The notes under the pieces are model-generated. The model saw only the letters and a program-made list of their open reading frames with translations, was not told the DNA's origin and ran no database searches. Below are positions 1 to 9,445 of a DNA stretch of 64,000 nucleotides, piece after piece. A program made the translations under genes and the position numbers. How positions within the stretch are numbered: position 1 is the stretch's first letter; every line of letters begins with the position of its first letter. Origin of the DNA: a virus; the IMG/VR virus record IMGVR_UViG_3300027741_000022, positions 64,001 to 128,000 of that record. One strand, given 5' to 3'.

Positions 1-132
1 CAGAAGTATCCGCTTATGAAGCAACTTAGCTATATCATCGGTGGATATTATGGTAACCATGCAGATCGTAATAAAGAGCTTAACGAGTTTGTGTTTTATC
101 TCAATGCCAAGCATAGCAAGGTGGCGTCGTGA
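1..132 (+). CDS. 3' end of a CDS running in from the left edge
   Basis: Open frame 1 (QKYPLMKQ...KVAS*) whose stop overlaps the next start. Confidence 0.5.
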   Translation, partial: QKYPLMKQLSYIIGGYYGNHADRNKELNEFVFYLNAKHSKVAS

Positions 133-416
133 TGAATAACAAAAAGTGGGAGGTCAATTACAGAGGATCTCTTGGTAAATGGGCGGAGCGTTTAAAGGAA
201 AGTGATGAAAAAAAGATTACAAGTGGTTTGTTTAAAAGATATCTTGAAGCAAAGAAGCTGTTAAATTCTTTGGTTGATGAGATAAATAAACTTGAAACAG
301 ACGCAGAATCAACGTATCTTTTGTTAAACGCTGTCCCCCACAGCATGTCTGAAAATGAAAATGCTGTTTTTCTTAAAGAATTAATTGTTTATATCAACTC
401 GAAGGAAGTAAAATGA
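132..416 (+). CDS. hypothetical protein
   Basis: ORF with overlapping stop/start junctions. Confidence 0.6.
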   Translation: MNNKKWEVNYRGSLGKWAERLKESDEKKITSGLFKRYLEAKKLLNSLVDEINKLETDAESTYLLLNAVPHSMSENENAVFLKELIVYINSKEVK

Positions 417-694
417 AGACTATGGCAAAAGAACCAAAAAACACTGCTGCTGATATTGTTGAAGAAAAGAAAATCAATGAGAGCGATATTATTGATTTGC
501 TTTTTAAGCAAGTTGAAAAGCCTAAAAATTGTATCAAGATTAAGGCTGTGAATGTTTATGGAAATCGTTATCGTATAAACATTTGGACTATTGTTCATGA
601 AGATAGTTTTGATAAAAATAAGATTACACAAAGCTACTTCTGTATTGTAGATGAAAATAAAGTTAAGATCATAATGGGTAATAACACCCCGTAG
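413..694 (+). CDS. hypothetical protein
   Basis: ORF; its stop abuts repeat motif copy 1. Confidence 0.65.
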   Translation: MKTMAKEPKNTAADIVEEKKINESDIIDLLFKQVEKPKNCIKIKAVNVYGNRYRINIWTIVHEDSFDKNKITQSYFCIVDENKVKIIMGNNTP

Positions 695-711
695 TTTCTT
701 CTTGGTACGCT
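695..711 (+). promoter_or_regulatory. repeated promoter-like motif, variant copy
   Basis: TTTCTTCTTGGTACGCT. Confidence 0.6.
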
Positions 712-749
712 TTCTTCTTAGATGGATACTCTACAATAAGCGAGCGAAA

Positions 750-2081
750 ATGAAATACTATAACCTCAACAATTCGATAGTTCTTTCTTTTGATGGTATC
801 GTCCAAACTATTAGCAAGGATGATTACCGTTACTCAAGGATCAAGGAAGCCCTTTCCAATCAAGATTTTGATTCTGTAAGGGTTGCCGTAGACCCGACCA
901 AGAATCTTGACAAGGAAGGGTTTGTTGTTGAAAACGGCTTGGTGTGTTTCAAGGGAGAGCCAATCCCCAGCATCCTTGGTAATCAATTTTTGAAATACAA
1001 GGAGAGTAGCTGGGTATTCAAGAGTCTTCTCAATTTCTGGTTCAATCTCAAAACTAGGGTGGACAATGAGACTGCAAGCCAGATGATCAATGCTCTTGTT
1101 GAGAATGGGGCATATCCGATTACAGAGGATGGCTTTTATCTTGTTTATAGAAATGCTAATGCAGATCAAACCAAGAGCATTCTCAATAAAAGAAATCAAG
1201 AAGTTGGTTCTATCAACTTTTATAACATTGCTTCTGTTCCTCAGGAGTATAGCAATTTCTTTTATGAGAGAAAGAATCTTGATGATATCTTAACTTCTGT
1301 TTTTGGTTTTTCTGCCAAAAAGTTGAAGAAGATTGCAATTCAAGAAATGTTCAAGCCTGCAATCAATTTTATTGATCATACCTTTTTGCTTTTTGGAGAT
1401 GCTTTCAAGGACGTTCTACATCCCGATAACCTCTATGAAGTTCTTGATAAAAAGCTTTTCAAGATTACTCACGGAGACGCTCAGAGTTATAAAAATTTCA
1501 ACGCTTTTCTCAAAGAATACAGCATAGAGAAAAACGGAACATATAGCCAGAAGAAGATACTTAATCTTTTGTCGAGCGCAAAAGAACAGGTGCGTCTTGT
1601 TGAAATTGGAAGTTATTTTGTTGAGCTCAAAGAAAAGATTAATCTGGATGTTCAGAGGATTCAGTTCACCAATGACTGCCAGACAATTTTTGAATATCTC
1701 AGGTCTGAGCATAGAAAGCTTAGCGATCCTGAAGTCAAGCTTAATATCGAAGAGAATTTCCCAGAATTTTGGGAGCTTAACGATATTGAGGTTGGTAAGC
1801 TTAGATTTCTTTTCCCCAAGACAAACTATGACTTGAAGGAATGGACTAATCTTATGCAAAATTGTATTGGAACACACGGGTATGACAAAAGAGTTATTCA
1901 AAAGGCATGTGTTGTTTTTGCATTAATGTCAACAGATACCAATGAAATGATTTACAATATTGAGATTTCAAACAAGAACGTTGTTCAATTCAACGCAAGA
2001 GGCAATCGTCCTGCAACGCCTTCCGAAAGAAAAGAAGTTTGCTCTCTGTTGAAGGAAAAAGGATTGATTTTTAAGGAATAA
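750..2081 (+). CDS. rIIB-like N-terminal domain fused to PcfJ-like C-terminal domain
   Basis: N-term LLNFWFNL..YPITEDGFYLVYR resembles rIIB; C-term MQNCIG..YNIEI..VVQFNARGNR resembles PcfJ. Confidence 0.55.
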   Translation: MKYYNLNNSIVLSFDGIVQTISKDDYRYSRIKEALSNQDFDSVRVAVDPTKNLDKEGFVVENGLVCFKGEPIPSILGNQFLKYKESSWVFKSLLNFWFNLKTRVDNETASQMINALVENGAYPITEDGFYLVYRNANADQTKSILNKRNQEVGSINFYNIASVPQEYSNFFYERKNLDDILTSVFGFSAKKLKKIAIQEMFKPAINFIDHTFLLFGDAFKDVLHPDNLYEVLDKKLFKITHGDAQSYKNFNAFLKEYSIEKNGTYSQKKILNLLSSAKEQVRLVEIGSYFVELKEKINLDVQRIQFTNDCQTIFEYLRSEHRKLSDPEVKLNIEENFPEFWELNDIEVGKLRFLFPKTNYDLKEWTNLMQNCIGTHGYDKRVIQKACVVFALMSTDTNEMIYNIEISNKNVVQFNARGNRPATPSERKEVCSLLKEKGLIFKE

Positions 2082-2100
2082 TTGATAGTTGAAAAACAAA

Positions 2101-2134
2101 CATCCATAGTGTATATTGTTTTACACTATGGATG
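2101..2134 (+). promoter_or_regulatory. 13-bp perfect inverted repeat covering a -10 box and the ATG at 2128
   Basis: CATCCATAGTGTA / TACACTATGGATG; TTGAAA(2089)-17 nt-TATATT(2112). Confidence 0.6.
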
Positions 2135-3393
2135 TTTGCATATTAACTTGTTATTATAATCCCACCAATTCTGAGAATAGAACTCAGAATTTCTATAAAT
2201 TCTTGGATTCCGCTAAATCAAGCGGAATGGAAGATCATCTTTTTGTTTGTGAAATAGCAAAAAACGATCAGCCAAGATTGACTCCAACAAAAAATCATTT
2301 TTTGTTGTTGAGTGAAGATGATCTATGGCACAAAGAATGTGCTATAAATTTTTTAATTAAAAAAACACCAGAAAGCTATAAAAAAATTATAGTTTCTGAT
2401 TGTGATCTTATTTTTAATGATCTTGGGTGGGTTGAAAAGACCAGCGACTTGTTAAACGAGTATGTGTTTGTCCAACCATATGACAAGATAAAGTATCTTG
2501 GACCCGTAGAAGGCTCCTACGACAGTTTTTACGCCGGTATTGTGTCGTATATGCAAAACAGTAGGGTTGTGGATTTTGGCAATCCTGGGGCTCTTGTAGC
2601 GTATAGGAGAGACTATCTGAGGGCTGTTGATGGTCTTTTCGATAAATGCGTTGTGGGTGGAGGGGATACTATAAATATTATCCCTTTCTTTATTAATAGT
2701 TTCATGAAGTTAGATTTCCTAAATAGAGTTTGCCCAGACACCAGAGTTGAAGCTTTAGACTACATAAATAATTGTGTTGATTTCATTAAAAATAGTGGAT
2801 TGGGTTATGCGGCATATTTAAAAGACGTTGTTTTGACTCATTTGTTCCACGGAATGATAAAACACAGGCAATATGATTCGAGATACAACATAATTAACAA
2901 AATAACATTCAAAAAGAATTTTAAGAAAAAAAATGAATTATATCAGATAACATCAAACGAAAAACTGAAAAATGATTTAAAAGAATATTTGATTGAAAGA
3001 AAAGAAGATTTTAAGCTAAAAGATACAGCCTCTGTATGCATCAATAGCGCTAAATATCCTGTCGAATACGACATATTGTGGTTATGTGAACACAATAGCT
3101 TTATATTTAACAATATATCAAGAGTTAAGTTTCATTTGAAGAAAGTTAAACAATTAAAGAATTTTAAAGTAATATCAAATGATAAAGAAATATTCTCTAT
3201 ATTTGTTGAAAACAAAGCAGTTGTTGAAATTGAAAATCCAAATGTATTATTGATTAGCTCTGACTATTTTATCCCAGCTGATCTTGGCGAAAGTAAAGAC
3301 ACAAGAAGGCTATCTGTTGTTCTTGAGAAAATAGAGATAATTGCTAAAGACGCAACAGAATATACCAACTATCCGCTAGAGGATATATCTTGA
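2128..3393 (+). CDS. glycosyltransferase (GT-A fold) with C-terminal accessory domain
   Basis: WHKECAINFLI, IIVSDCDLIF (DxD), VGGGD, HLFHG motifs. Confidence 0.7.
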   Translation: MDVCILTCYYNPTNSENRTQNFYKFLDSAKSSGMEDHLFVCEIAKNDQPRLTPTKNHFLLLSEDDLWHKECAINFLIKKTPESYKKIIVSDCDLIFNDLGWVEKTSDLLNEYVFVQPYDKIKYLGPVEGSYDSFYAGIVSYMQNSRVVDFGNPGALVAYRRDYLRAVDGLFDKCVVGGGDTINIIPFFINSFMKLDFLNRVCPDTRVEALDYINNCVDFIKNSGLGYAAYLKDVVLTHLFHGMIKHRQYDSRYNIINKITFKKNFKKKNELYQITSNEKLKNDLKEYLIERKEDFKLKDTASVCINSAKYPVEYDILWLCEHNSFIFNNISRVKFHLKKVKQLKNFKVISNDKEIFSIFVENKAVVEIENPNVLLISSDYFIPADLGESKDTRRLSVVLEKIEIIAKDATEYTNYPLEDIS

Positions 3394-4598
3394 TTGAACA
3401 ATTTTTAAACACTGAATTAGATCCTATTCAAACAATAGAAGTTTACTCTAAATTTGCTTCTAAACTGATGTTTTTAGAAGAGGGTATTGTTAGAAATGTA
3501 ATAGAAAAATTAAAGAAAAACATAGAGGATTGGGCTGTAAACAAAAGCTTGGTTTATAAAAATCACGATTATATTAAAACATACAACAGAAAAGATTTGT
3601 TAAACAAAGAAGATTGGTATGTTGATGAATTAAAAGAACAATCACAAAATTTTTCAACAAGTGGTAGCACAACCGGCGATCCTTTCTCATACAGTATTTG
3701 GAGCAAATACATAGATTACATAGAGGATGAACATCAATACGGTATGATATTAGATGAGTTTGATATTGATAGAAAAGATGTCAATATATTGGTTTTGATT
3801 AAACTTCCGTATAATCCCAAAACAGAAGAGTTTACCACAGAACAGATTTGCGACTCTGGTTATACAATGCATACTCATAAATCTATAAGTAGCAAAAGAT
3901 ACTTTGTGAATTTCGATGGCTACATTGAAAATGCAGACGATTGGCACAAAAAGCTATTTGAATTCATAGCAAGCAAATCGCTTGATGTGATCATATCAAC
4001 AGGACCGTCCATAAACACTCTTTGTTTTTATTTGAAAAAATTTAATTATACAAACAAACTCTGTAAACTACTGAGTCACACTGGTGAGTTTTTGATAAAG
4101 CAAGATGCTCATTATTTAAAAGAAAATAAATATATCGATAATTTTTGTGATCACATGCGGTGTTGGGATGGAGGTGCAACATTTTTTACATGTAAATTTG
4201 GAACTTATCATTTGATGGATAATTTGAGTTGGGTTGAAGAAGATGAAAACAATAAAATGATAAGCACAGATTACTTTTCTTTGCCTGCTCCCTTTATTCG
4301 TTATTGGAATGGAGATCTTTGTAAAATATCCAATGATTATCAAAGATGTGATTGCGGCAGATTATATCGTTCTTTCAAGATGCTTGAGAATAGACCTTTT
4401 GGTTTAAAAGGAACAACAAAATTAACATCCATAAAACAACAAGTTTCTAAATTGAATTTTAAAAATGACATTATCCAGGTAAAATTTGACAATCTAAAGG
4501 TTGATATTATCACAAAAAGAGAACTGCTTGATTTTGAAAAACAACAGTTAAATAATATTTTTAATGAATATAAAATAAATTATAGCAATTATGGCTAA
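3390..4598 (+). CDS. phenylacetate-CoA ligase/CapK-like adenylating enzyme
   Basis: FSTSGSTTGDPF P-loop-like motif, HTGE, PFIRYWNGD, CDCGR. Confidence 0.7.
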   Translation: MIEQFLNTELDPIQTIEVYSKFASKLMFLEEGIVRNVIEKLKKNIEDWAVNKSLVYKNHDYIKTYNRKDLLNKEDWYVDELKEQSQNFSTSGSTTGDPFSYSIWSKYIDYIEDEHQYGMILDEFDIDRKDVNILVLIKLPYNPKTEEFTTEQICDSGYTMHTHKSISSKRYFVNFDGYIENADDWHKKLFEFIASKSLDVIISTGPSINTLCFYLKKFNYTNKLCKLLSHTGEFLIKQDAHYLKENKYIDNFCDHMRCWDGGATFFTCKFGTYHLMDNLSWVEEDENNKMISTDYFSLPAPFIRYWNGDLCKISNDYQRCDCGRLYRSFKMLENRPFGLKGTTKLTSIKQQVSKLNFKNDIIQVKFDNLKVDIITKRELLDFEKQQLNNIFNEYKINYSNYG

Positions 4599-4605
4599 AT
4601 ATTTC

Positions 4606-4785
4606 ATGAGAACATTTTTTTTAATTTTACTTTTATCATTATTTTGCATTGGATGTAAAGAAGTTTCTTGTAAATGTGGAAACGAAAAATGCGGTCCTGA
4701 ATGCAAAAATCAATGCGACGGACTTAGATGTATTCCTGGCGAGCCTTGCTGTGATAAATGTATTTGCAAAAAAATCAGCCACTAG
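4606..4785 (+). CDS. small Cys-rich putative lipoprotein
   Basis: Hydrophobic signal, lipobox-like FCIG-C, Cys-rich mature part. Confidence 0.55.
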   Translation: MRTFFLILLLSLFCIGCKEVSCKCGNEKCGPECKNQCDGLRCIPGEPCCDKCICKKISH

Positions 4786-4817
4786 AAGCTGTGTAATTTT
4801 TTTGATATATTTGTTGC

Positions 4818-6959
4818 ATGAGAAAAGCACTAATTACGGGAATCACGGGTCAAGATGGTTCCTACCTATCAGAACTTCTATTAAATAAAGGGTATGAAGT
4901 TCACGGAGTAATAAGAAGAAGCTCACTAATAAACACCAGTAGAATCAATCACGTATACGATCAATTGAATCTTCATTACGGAGATCTTACTGATTCTACA
5001 AATATCGTAAGGATTATACAAAAAGTTCAGCCAGATGAAATTTATAATCTGGCGGCACAAAGTCATGTGAAAGTATCTTTTGAATTGCCTGAATACACAG
5101 GCGATGTTGATGCTCTTGGAACTTTAAGGGTTTTAGAGGCTGTTAGATTATTGGGACTTGAGAAAAACACAAGAATTTATCAAGCATCTACTTCTGAGCT
5201 TTATGGTCTTGTACAAGAATCTCCTCAAAAAGAAACAACTGCATTTTATCCAAGATCTCCTTATGGTGTTGCAAAATTATATGGTTTTTGGATTGTGAAA
5301 AATTATAGAGAATCTTATGGAATGCACGCCAGTTCTGGTATTTTATATAACCACGAATGTTTTGACTCTAACACTCCATTGATTATTAAAAAAAATAATT
5401 TTATAGATATTGTTTATATAAGAAGTTTAACGCCAGAGAGAAAAAATATTCAAAAAGAAAATAATGTATTAACAAAAGAAATTAATAATTTGCAAGTTTG
5501 GAACGGAGAAAAATTTGTCAAAATTAATTTAGTGACAAGAAGAAAAATTAGCACGTTAGATAAAGAAAATCAAGAAAAAATAAATTTCAACACAAGGTCC
5601 GGAGTGGTTAAAGTTACACCTAATCATAAATTATTATTAAATAATTTTGACAAAATAACCGCCAGAGACGTCCCTTTAAACACAGAGCTTAAACATGGAG
5701 AATTTCCTCCTACTGATTGTTTGACTAATCTTACAATTGAGGAGTCGCAATTATATGGAATGCTTGTTGGTGATGGTAATATTTCTCAAAATAGAATTAG
5801 ATTTACAAATAACGATGAATTGATTCGAGATAAATTTATAAGTTTGTGCAGAAGTGTTTTCGGCAATATTACCCACAAGACACACTCCCACGCACTAGGC
5901 TATGGTGTCACGACACAAGTTGATATTTCTGGGTTGTCTAAAAATAAAGTTGCGTCAATAGCAGAAGAAATTTATGAGAAAAAAACAAAACACAAGAAAG
6001 TTCCTCAAAGAATATTGAATTCATCTATAGAAGTCAAAGAATCATTTTTTGAGGGATATTATGCTTGTGATGGACTAAAGAAAGATAGATGTACCTATAA
6101 ATATAAGTCGCTAAAAAGCAATTCTCCAATTTTATGTCAAGGTTTATTACTAATTGTCTCGCAAATAACAGGACAAAAATATAATATAAATGTTTTTGAG
6201 CAAAACAACAAAGAGTATTATCAAATAAATTTAAGGAATTCAAATAAAATTAATAATAAGGGTAGTCATTTTTTAAAAAATGACTCAGAGCTGAAGAAAA
6301 AATCTTCTTTAAAAAATGAAAATAAAGATTGTTTTGTGTATGATATAGAAACAGAATGTGGTTATTTGAATGCCGGGGTAGGAAAATTGGTTGTGGGTAA
6401 CTCTCCAAGAAGAGGTCAAACATTTGTTACTAAAAAAATAACAGATGCTTTTTACAAGATATCCACCAATCAACAAGATTGTCTTTATCTTGGCAATTTA
6501 AATGCTAAACGTGATTGGGGTCACGCAAAAGATTTTGTGGAGGCTATGTGGCTTATTCTTCAACAATATGAGCCTGATGATTACATAATAGCTACTGGCG
6601 AACAACACTCAGTCAGAGAATTTGTCGAGAAATCTGCTGCTTATTTTAATATGAAAATAGAGTGGCAAGGTGAAGAGTTAAATGAAATTGGAATTGACGT
6701 AAACTCTGGAAGAACTGTTGTTAAAGTTGACGCCAGATACTTTAGACCAGCAGAGGTTGAGTCTTTGCTTGGTGATGCAACAAAAGCAAGAGAAAAATTA
6801 GGATGGGTTCCTAAAACTTCTTTTGAACAACTTGTTGAAGATATGTGCGTGAATCAATTGGAGCAAAAAAATGAACAAAACAAGCAGAATATTTGTGACC
6901 GGACACAAGGGATTGGTTGGCTCGGCAATATTAAGAAATTTACAAAAAAATGGATATAG
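4818..6959 (+). CDS. gmd: GDP-mannose 4,6-dehydratase, intein-containing
   Basis: ALITGITGQDGSYL, YNLAAQSHV, YQASTSELYG, PRSPYGVAK, NHE|SPRRG, RDWGHAKDFV. Confidence 0.95.
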   Translation: MRKALITGITGQDGSYLSELLLNKGYEVHGVIRRSSLINTSRINHVYDQLNLHYGDLTDSTNIVRIIQKVQPDEIYNLAAQSHVKVSFELPEYTGDVDALGTLRVLEAVRLLGLEKNTRIYQASTSELYGLVQESPQKETTAFYPRSPYGVAKLYGFWIVKNYRESYGMHASSGILYNHECFDSNTPLIIKKNNFIDIVYIRSLTPERKNIQKENNVLTKEINNLQVWNGEKFVKINLVTRRKISTLDKENQEKINFNTRSGVVKVTPNHKLLLNNFDKITARDVPLNTELKHGEFPPTDCLTNLTIEESQLYGMLVGDGNISQNRIRFTNNDELIRDKFISLCRSVFGNITHKTHSHALGYGVTTQVDISGLSKNKVASIAEEIYEKKTKHKKVPQRILNSSIEVKESFFEGYYACDGLKKDRCTYKYKSLKSNSPILCQGLLLIVSQITGQKYNINVFEQNNKEYYQINLRNSNKINNKGSHFLKNDSELKKKSSLKNENKDCFVYDIETECGYLNAGVGKLVVGNSPRRGQTFVTKKITDAFYKISTNQQDCLYLGNLNAKRDWGHAKDFVEAMWLILQQYEPDDYIIATGEQHSVREFVEKSAAYFNMKIEWQGEELNEIGIDVNSGRTVVKVDARYFRPAEVESLLGDATKAREKLGWVPKTSFEQLVEDMCVNQLEQKNEQNKQNICDRTQGIGWLGNIKKFTKKWI
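5358..6401 (+). mobile_element. intein (348 aa) with LAGLIDADG-type endonuclease
   Basis: Interrupts conserved NHE-SPRRG; starts with C, TPNH block B, VYDIET block F, ends GN before S; YGMLVGDG and FFEGYYACDG motifs. Confidence 0.92.
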
Positions 6960-7797
6960 CAATATACTTACAGTTGATAAAAAAGATCTTGATTTAACTG
7001 ACTCATCTGCAGTAGATAAATACTTTTCAGATAATTACATTGAGTATGTTTTTAATGCCGCTGCTAAAGTTGGTGGCATAAAAGCCAATAATACACAACC
7101 TGCAGATTTTATAACACAAAACATAAGAATACAAACTAATCTTATTGAATCTTCAAATAGACACGGTGTTAAAAAATTCTTGTTTCTCGGCAGCTCTTGC
7201 ATATACCCAAAATTTGCAAAACAACCAATAACAGAAGATCAATTGTTAGCTGGGTGTCTTGAGCCTACAAACGAAGCTTATGCTATCGCAAAAATCTGTG
7301 GAATTAAAATGTGTCAGGCATACAGTCAGCAATATGGATTCAATGCTATTTCCTTAATGCCAACAAACCTGTACGGTCCAGGAGATAATTATGATCCTAA
7401 AAACAGTCATGTATTGCCTGCTATGATCAGAAGGTTTCATGAAGCCAAAATTAATAATGTTTCTGAAGTGGTTTGTTGGGGTGATGGCTCACCAAAAAGA
7501 GAGTTTTTATATGTAGATGATCTGGCGTATGCTTGTTTGTTGTGTATGTTGAATTACGAAAGCGATGAAATTATAAATGTGGGAACAGGCACTGATATAA
7601 CCATAAAAGAGCTCGCTGGGATTGTTGCAAATGTTGTTGGTTATGAAGGAAGTATTGTTTGGGATGATGTTGCTGCAATCAACGGCACACCCAGAAAAGT
7701 TTTAAATATCGATAAGATAAAATCTCTTGGATGGGAAGCTAAAGTGGATTTACCCACGGGCATATCCGAGGCATACTCAAGTTTCTTGGCAAAGTAG
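6871..7797 (+). CDS. fcl: GDP-L-fucose synthase
   Basis: GHKGLVGSA, AAAKVGGI, LGSSCIYPK, EPTNEAYAIAK, PTNLYGPGD, SHVLPA, REFLYVDD. Confidence 0.95.
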   Translation: MNKTSRIFVTGHKGLVGSAILRNLQKNGYSNILTVDKKDLDLTDSSAVDKYFSDNYIEYVFNAAAKVGGIKANNTQPADFITQNIRIQTNLIESSNRHGVKKFLFLGSSCIYPKFAKQPITEDQLLAGCLEPTNEAYAIAKICGIKMCQAYSQQYGFNAISLMPTNLYGPGDNYDPKNSHVLPAMIRRFHEAKINNVSEVVCWGDGSPKREFLYVDDLAYACLLCMLNYESDEIINVGTGTDITIKELAGIVANVVGYEGSIVWDDVAAINGTPRKVLNIDKIKSLGWEAKVDLPTGISEAYSSFLAK

Positions 7798-7814
7798 TTT
7801 CCTCCCGGTACGCT
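7798..7814 (+). promoter_or_regulatory. repeated promoter-like motif, followed by a 10-bp hairpin (7815-7842)
   Basis: TTTCCTCCCGGTACGCT; TTGGCA lies 17 nt upstream of TACGCT. Confidence 0.75.
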
Positions 7815-7848
7815 CTCTTGTTGGCAGAAACACCAACAAGAGAAATAT

Positions 7849-8478
7849 ATGTACGATTCTTTTAAGTATCTTTATCCCCCGCGACCGGAAAACGCTTTAA
7901 CTCCCGATAGAATTTCATACTATGAAAAGCATGGATTTGTCGGTCAATACAAAAAGAACGGGACTTGTAGCATTTTTGCAATAAATCATCCTGCTGATTT
8001 TATTGCAATGACAAGACATAACGATAATCATAAGCAATGGGCATTTTCAGAGTATTTCCACGGTTGTTTTACCAAGTATCTTCCCGCGAATAAGTGGCAC
8101 GTTCTTGTTGGTGAAGTTCTTCATTCAAAGACAGTAAACATCAAAGACACAGTTTATATTTTCGATATTCTTGTGTATAATTCCGAAGAGCTTTATGGCT
8201 CAAAGTTTATGGATCGCCAAAATCTTCTTAAAGAGATATTCCAGGCAGATCATAAGCAGCAGATGTATTCTCATTATGAGGTCGAGCCAAGGTTTCTATT
8301 AGCTAGAAATTTTGAAGGTGGTATGTATGATATGTTTAAGAATATCGAGGACAAAACAGTAGACGAGGGTTTTGTTCTTAAAAAGAAGGACGCAATTCTT
8401 AAGGACTGCTACTCCCCCAGCAATAACAGTTCATGGCAGATTAAGTTTCGACACCCTTCTAAGAAATATCAGTTTTAA
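7849..8478 (+). CDS. ATP-dependent ligase-family nucleotidyltransferase (adenylation domain only)
   Basis: Motif I YKKNG, III VGEV, IIIa IFDIL, IV EGFVLK, V WQIKF; no OB domain. Confidence 0.75.
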   Translation: MYDSFKYLYPPRPENALTPDRISYYEKHGFVGQYKKNGTCSIFAINHPADFIAMTRHNDNHKQWAFSEYFHGCFTKYLPANKWHVLVGEVLHSKTVNIKDTVYIFDILVYNSEELYGSKFMDRQNLLKEIFQADHKQQMYSHYEVEPRFLLARNFEGGMYDMFKNIEDKTVDEGFVLKKKDAILKDCYSPSNNSSWQIKFRHPSKKYQF

Positions 8479-8858
8479 TGGATAATCTTGATAAACTTAT
8501 AGATGACCTAAGAGATCTCTTGTCCAGGAAATATATCGAACAATATTATTTAATTACGTCGAATTTGTCAGTTCGAGTAAAAGATCTTGATGTTTTGCAA
8601 AATTGGATTTGTTTTCTTAAAAAAAATAATATAGATTCACTTCAGCCGCCAGAAATTTGGAGTAAATGTTTGACTACTGAGGAAGTCTTGGTGAATTTAA
8701 TCAATAAAGATCAACACAAGATTAAAAATAAAATAATTTTCAAGATGCAAGATGCAAACCTTCAACAGTTTTTTCGATCAGTTCATAATAACAAATATTT
8801 TTTAACCACAAGAGAAAATGCTCAAAAATTAGTTGTTCTTGGATCTTTTGAAAATTAA
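8478..8858 (+). CDS. hypothetical protein
   Basis: ORF, translationally coupled. Confidence 0.55.
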   Translation: MDNLDKLIDDLRDLLSRKYIEQYYLITSNLSVRVKDLDVLQNWICFLKKNNIDSLQPPEIWSKCLTTEEVLVNLINKDQHKIKNKIIFKMQDANLQQFFRSVHNNKYFLTTRENAQKLVVLGSFEN

Positions 8859-8866
8859 GGGATTTA

Positions 8867-9445
8867 ATGTTATATACTAAGTTTAAAATTAGCGATCATG
8901 CTGCCGAGAGGTTTCGTGAAAGATTTGATCATATTAAGTTGTCGATAGACACTCTGCTGCAAAATTCTATTTATTTTGGTGGACAAAAAGGATCCGACTA
9001 CCTACTTATTAACAAAGAGCATGAAATCGTTTTTCCTGTATCCTGTGACCACATAATCAAATCGGTTCTCACGCTCCAGCAAGCTAAATCAAATCTTTCA
9101 CTTATTAACAAAACAATACTATTCGAATTAGAGAAGAGTAAGTGTGAAGAACTACGAAAAAACGCCGAAGATGAAATTGTCAGTAAATTAAAAATTTTGG
9201 CAAGAGAATATCTTTCTCTTAGACCAGAAGAGCACAGAAATTGTCCTGGAGTTCAAGAGACAAAGTGTTTGATAAAGAAAATTAAAAAGACATTATCTTT
9301 GCCCTCTGCACAGATCGACAAAATTTTTATAGGTGAAATAATAAGAATCGTGCAAGAGTCAGATTGGTCTTGTTTGAATCCTGATAGTAACTGGTCTAGC
9401 ACCGAGGAATTGTTATCTAATTTTAAGTTAGATCCAAAAGCTTAA
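8867..9445 (+). CDS. hypothetical protein
   Basis: ORF; N-term ISDHAAERFRER. Confidence 0.6.
   Translation: MLYTKFKISDHAAERFRERFDHIKLSIDTLLQNSIYFGGQKGSDYLLINKEHEIVFPVSCDHIIKSVLTLQQAKSNLSLINKTILFELEKSKCEELRKNAEDEIVSKLKILAREYLSLRPEEHRNCPGVQETKCLIKKIKKTLSLPSAQIDKIFIGEIIRIVQESDWSCLNPDSNWSSTEELLSNFKLDPKA

Noticed and set aside
7-15. Exact match of reverse-complemented unit 3 spacer B (TATCCGCTT)
   Set aside because: A single 9-mer hit without the partner half-site is expected by chance in 64 kb.
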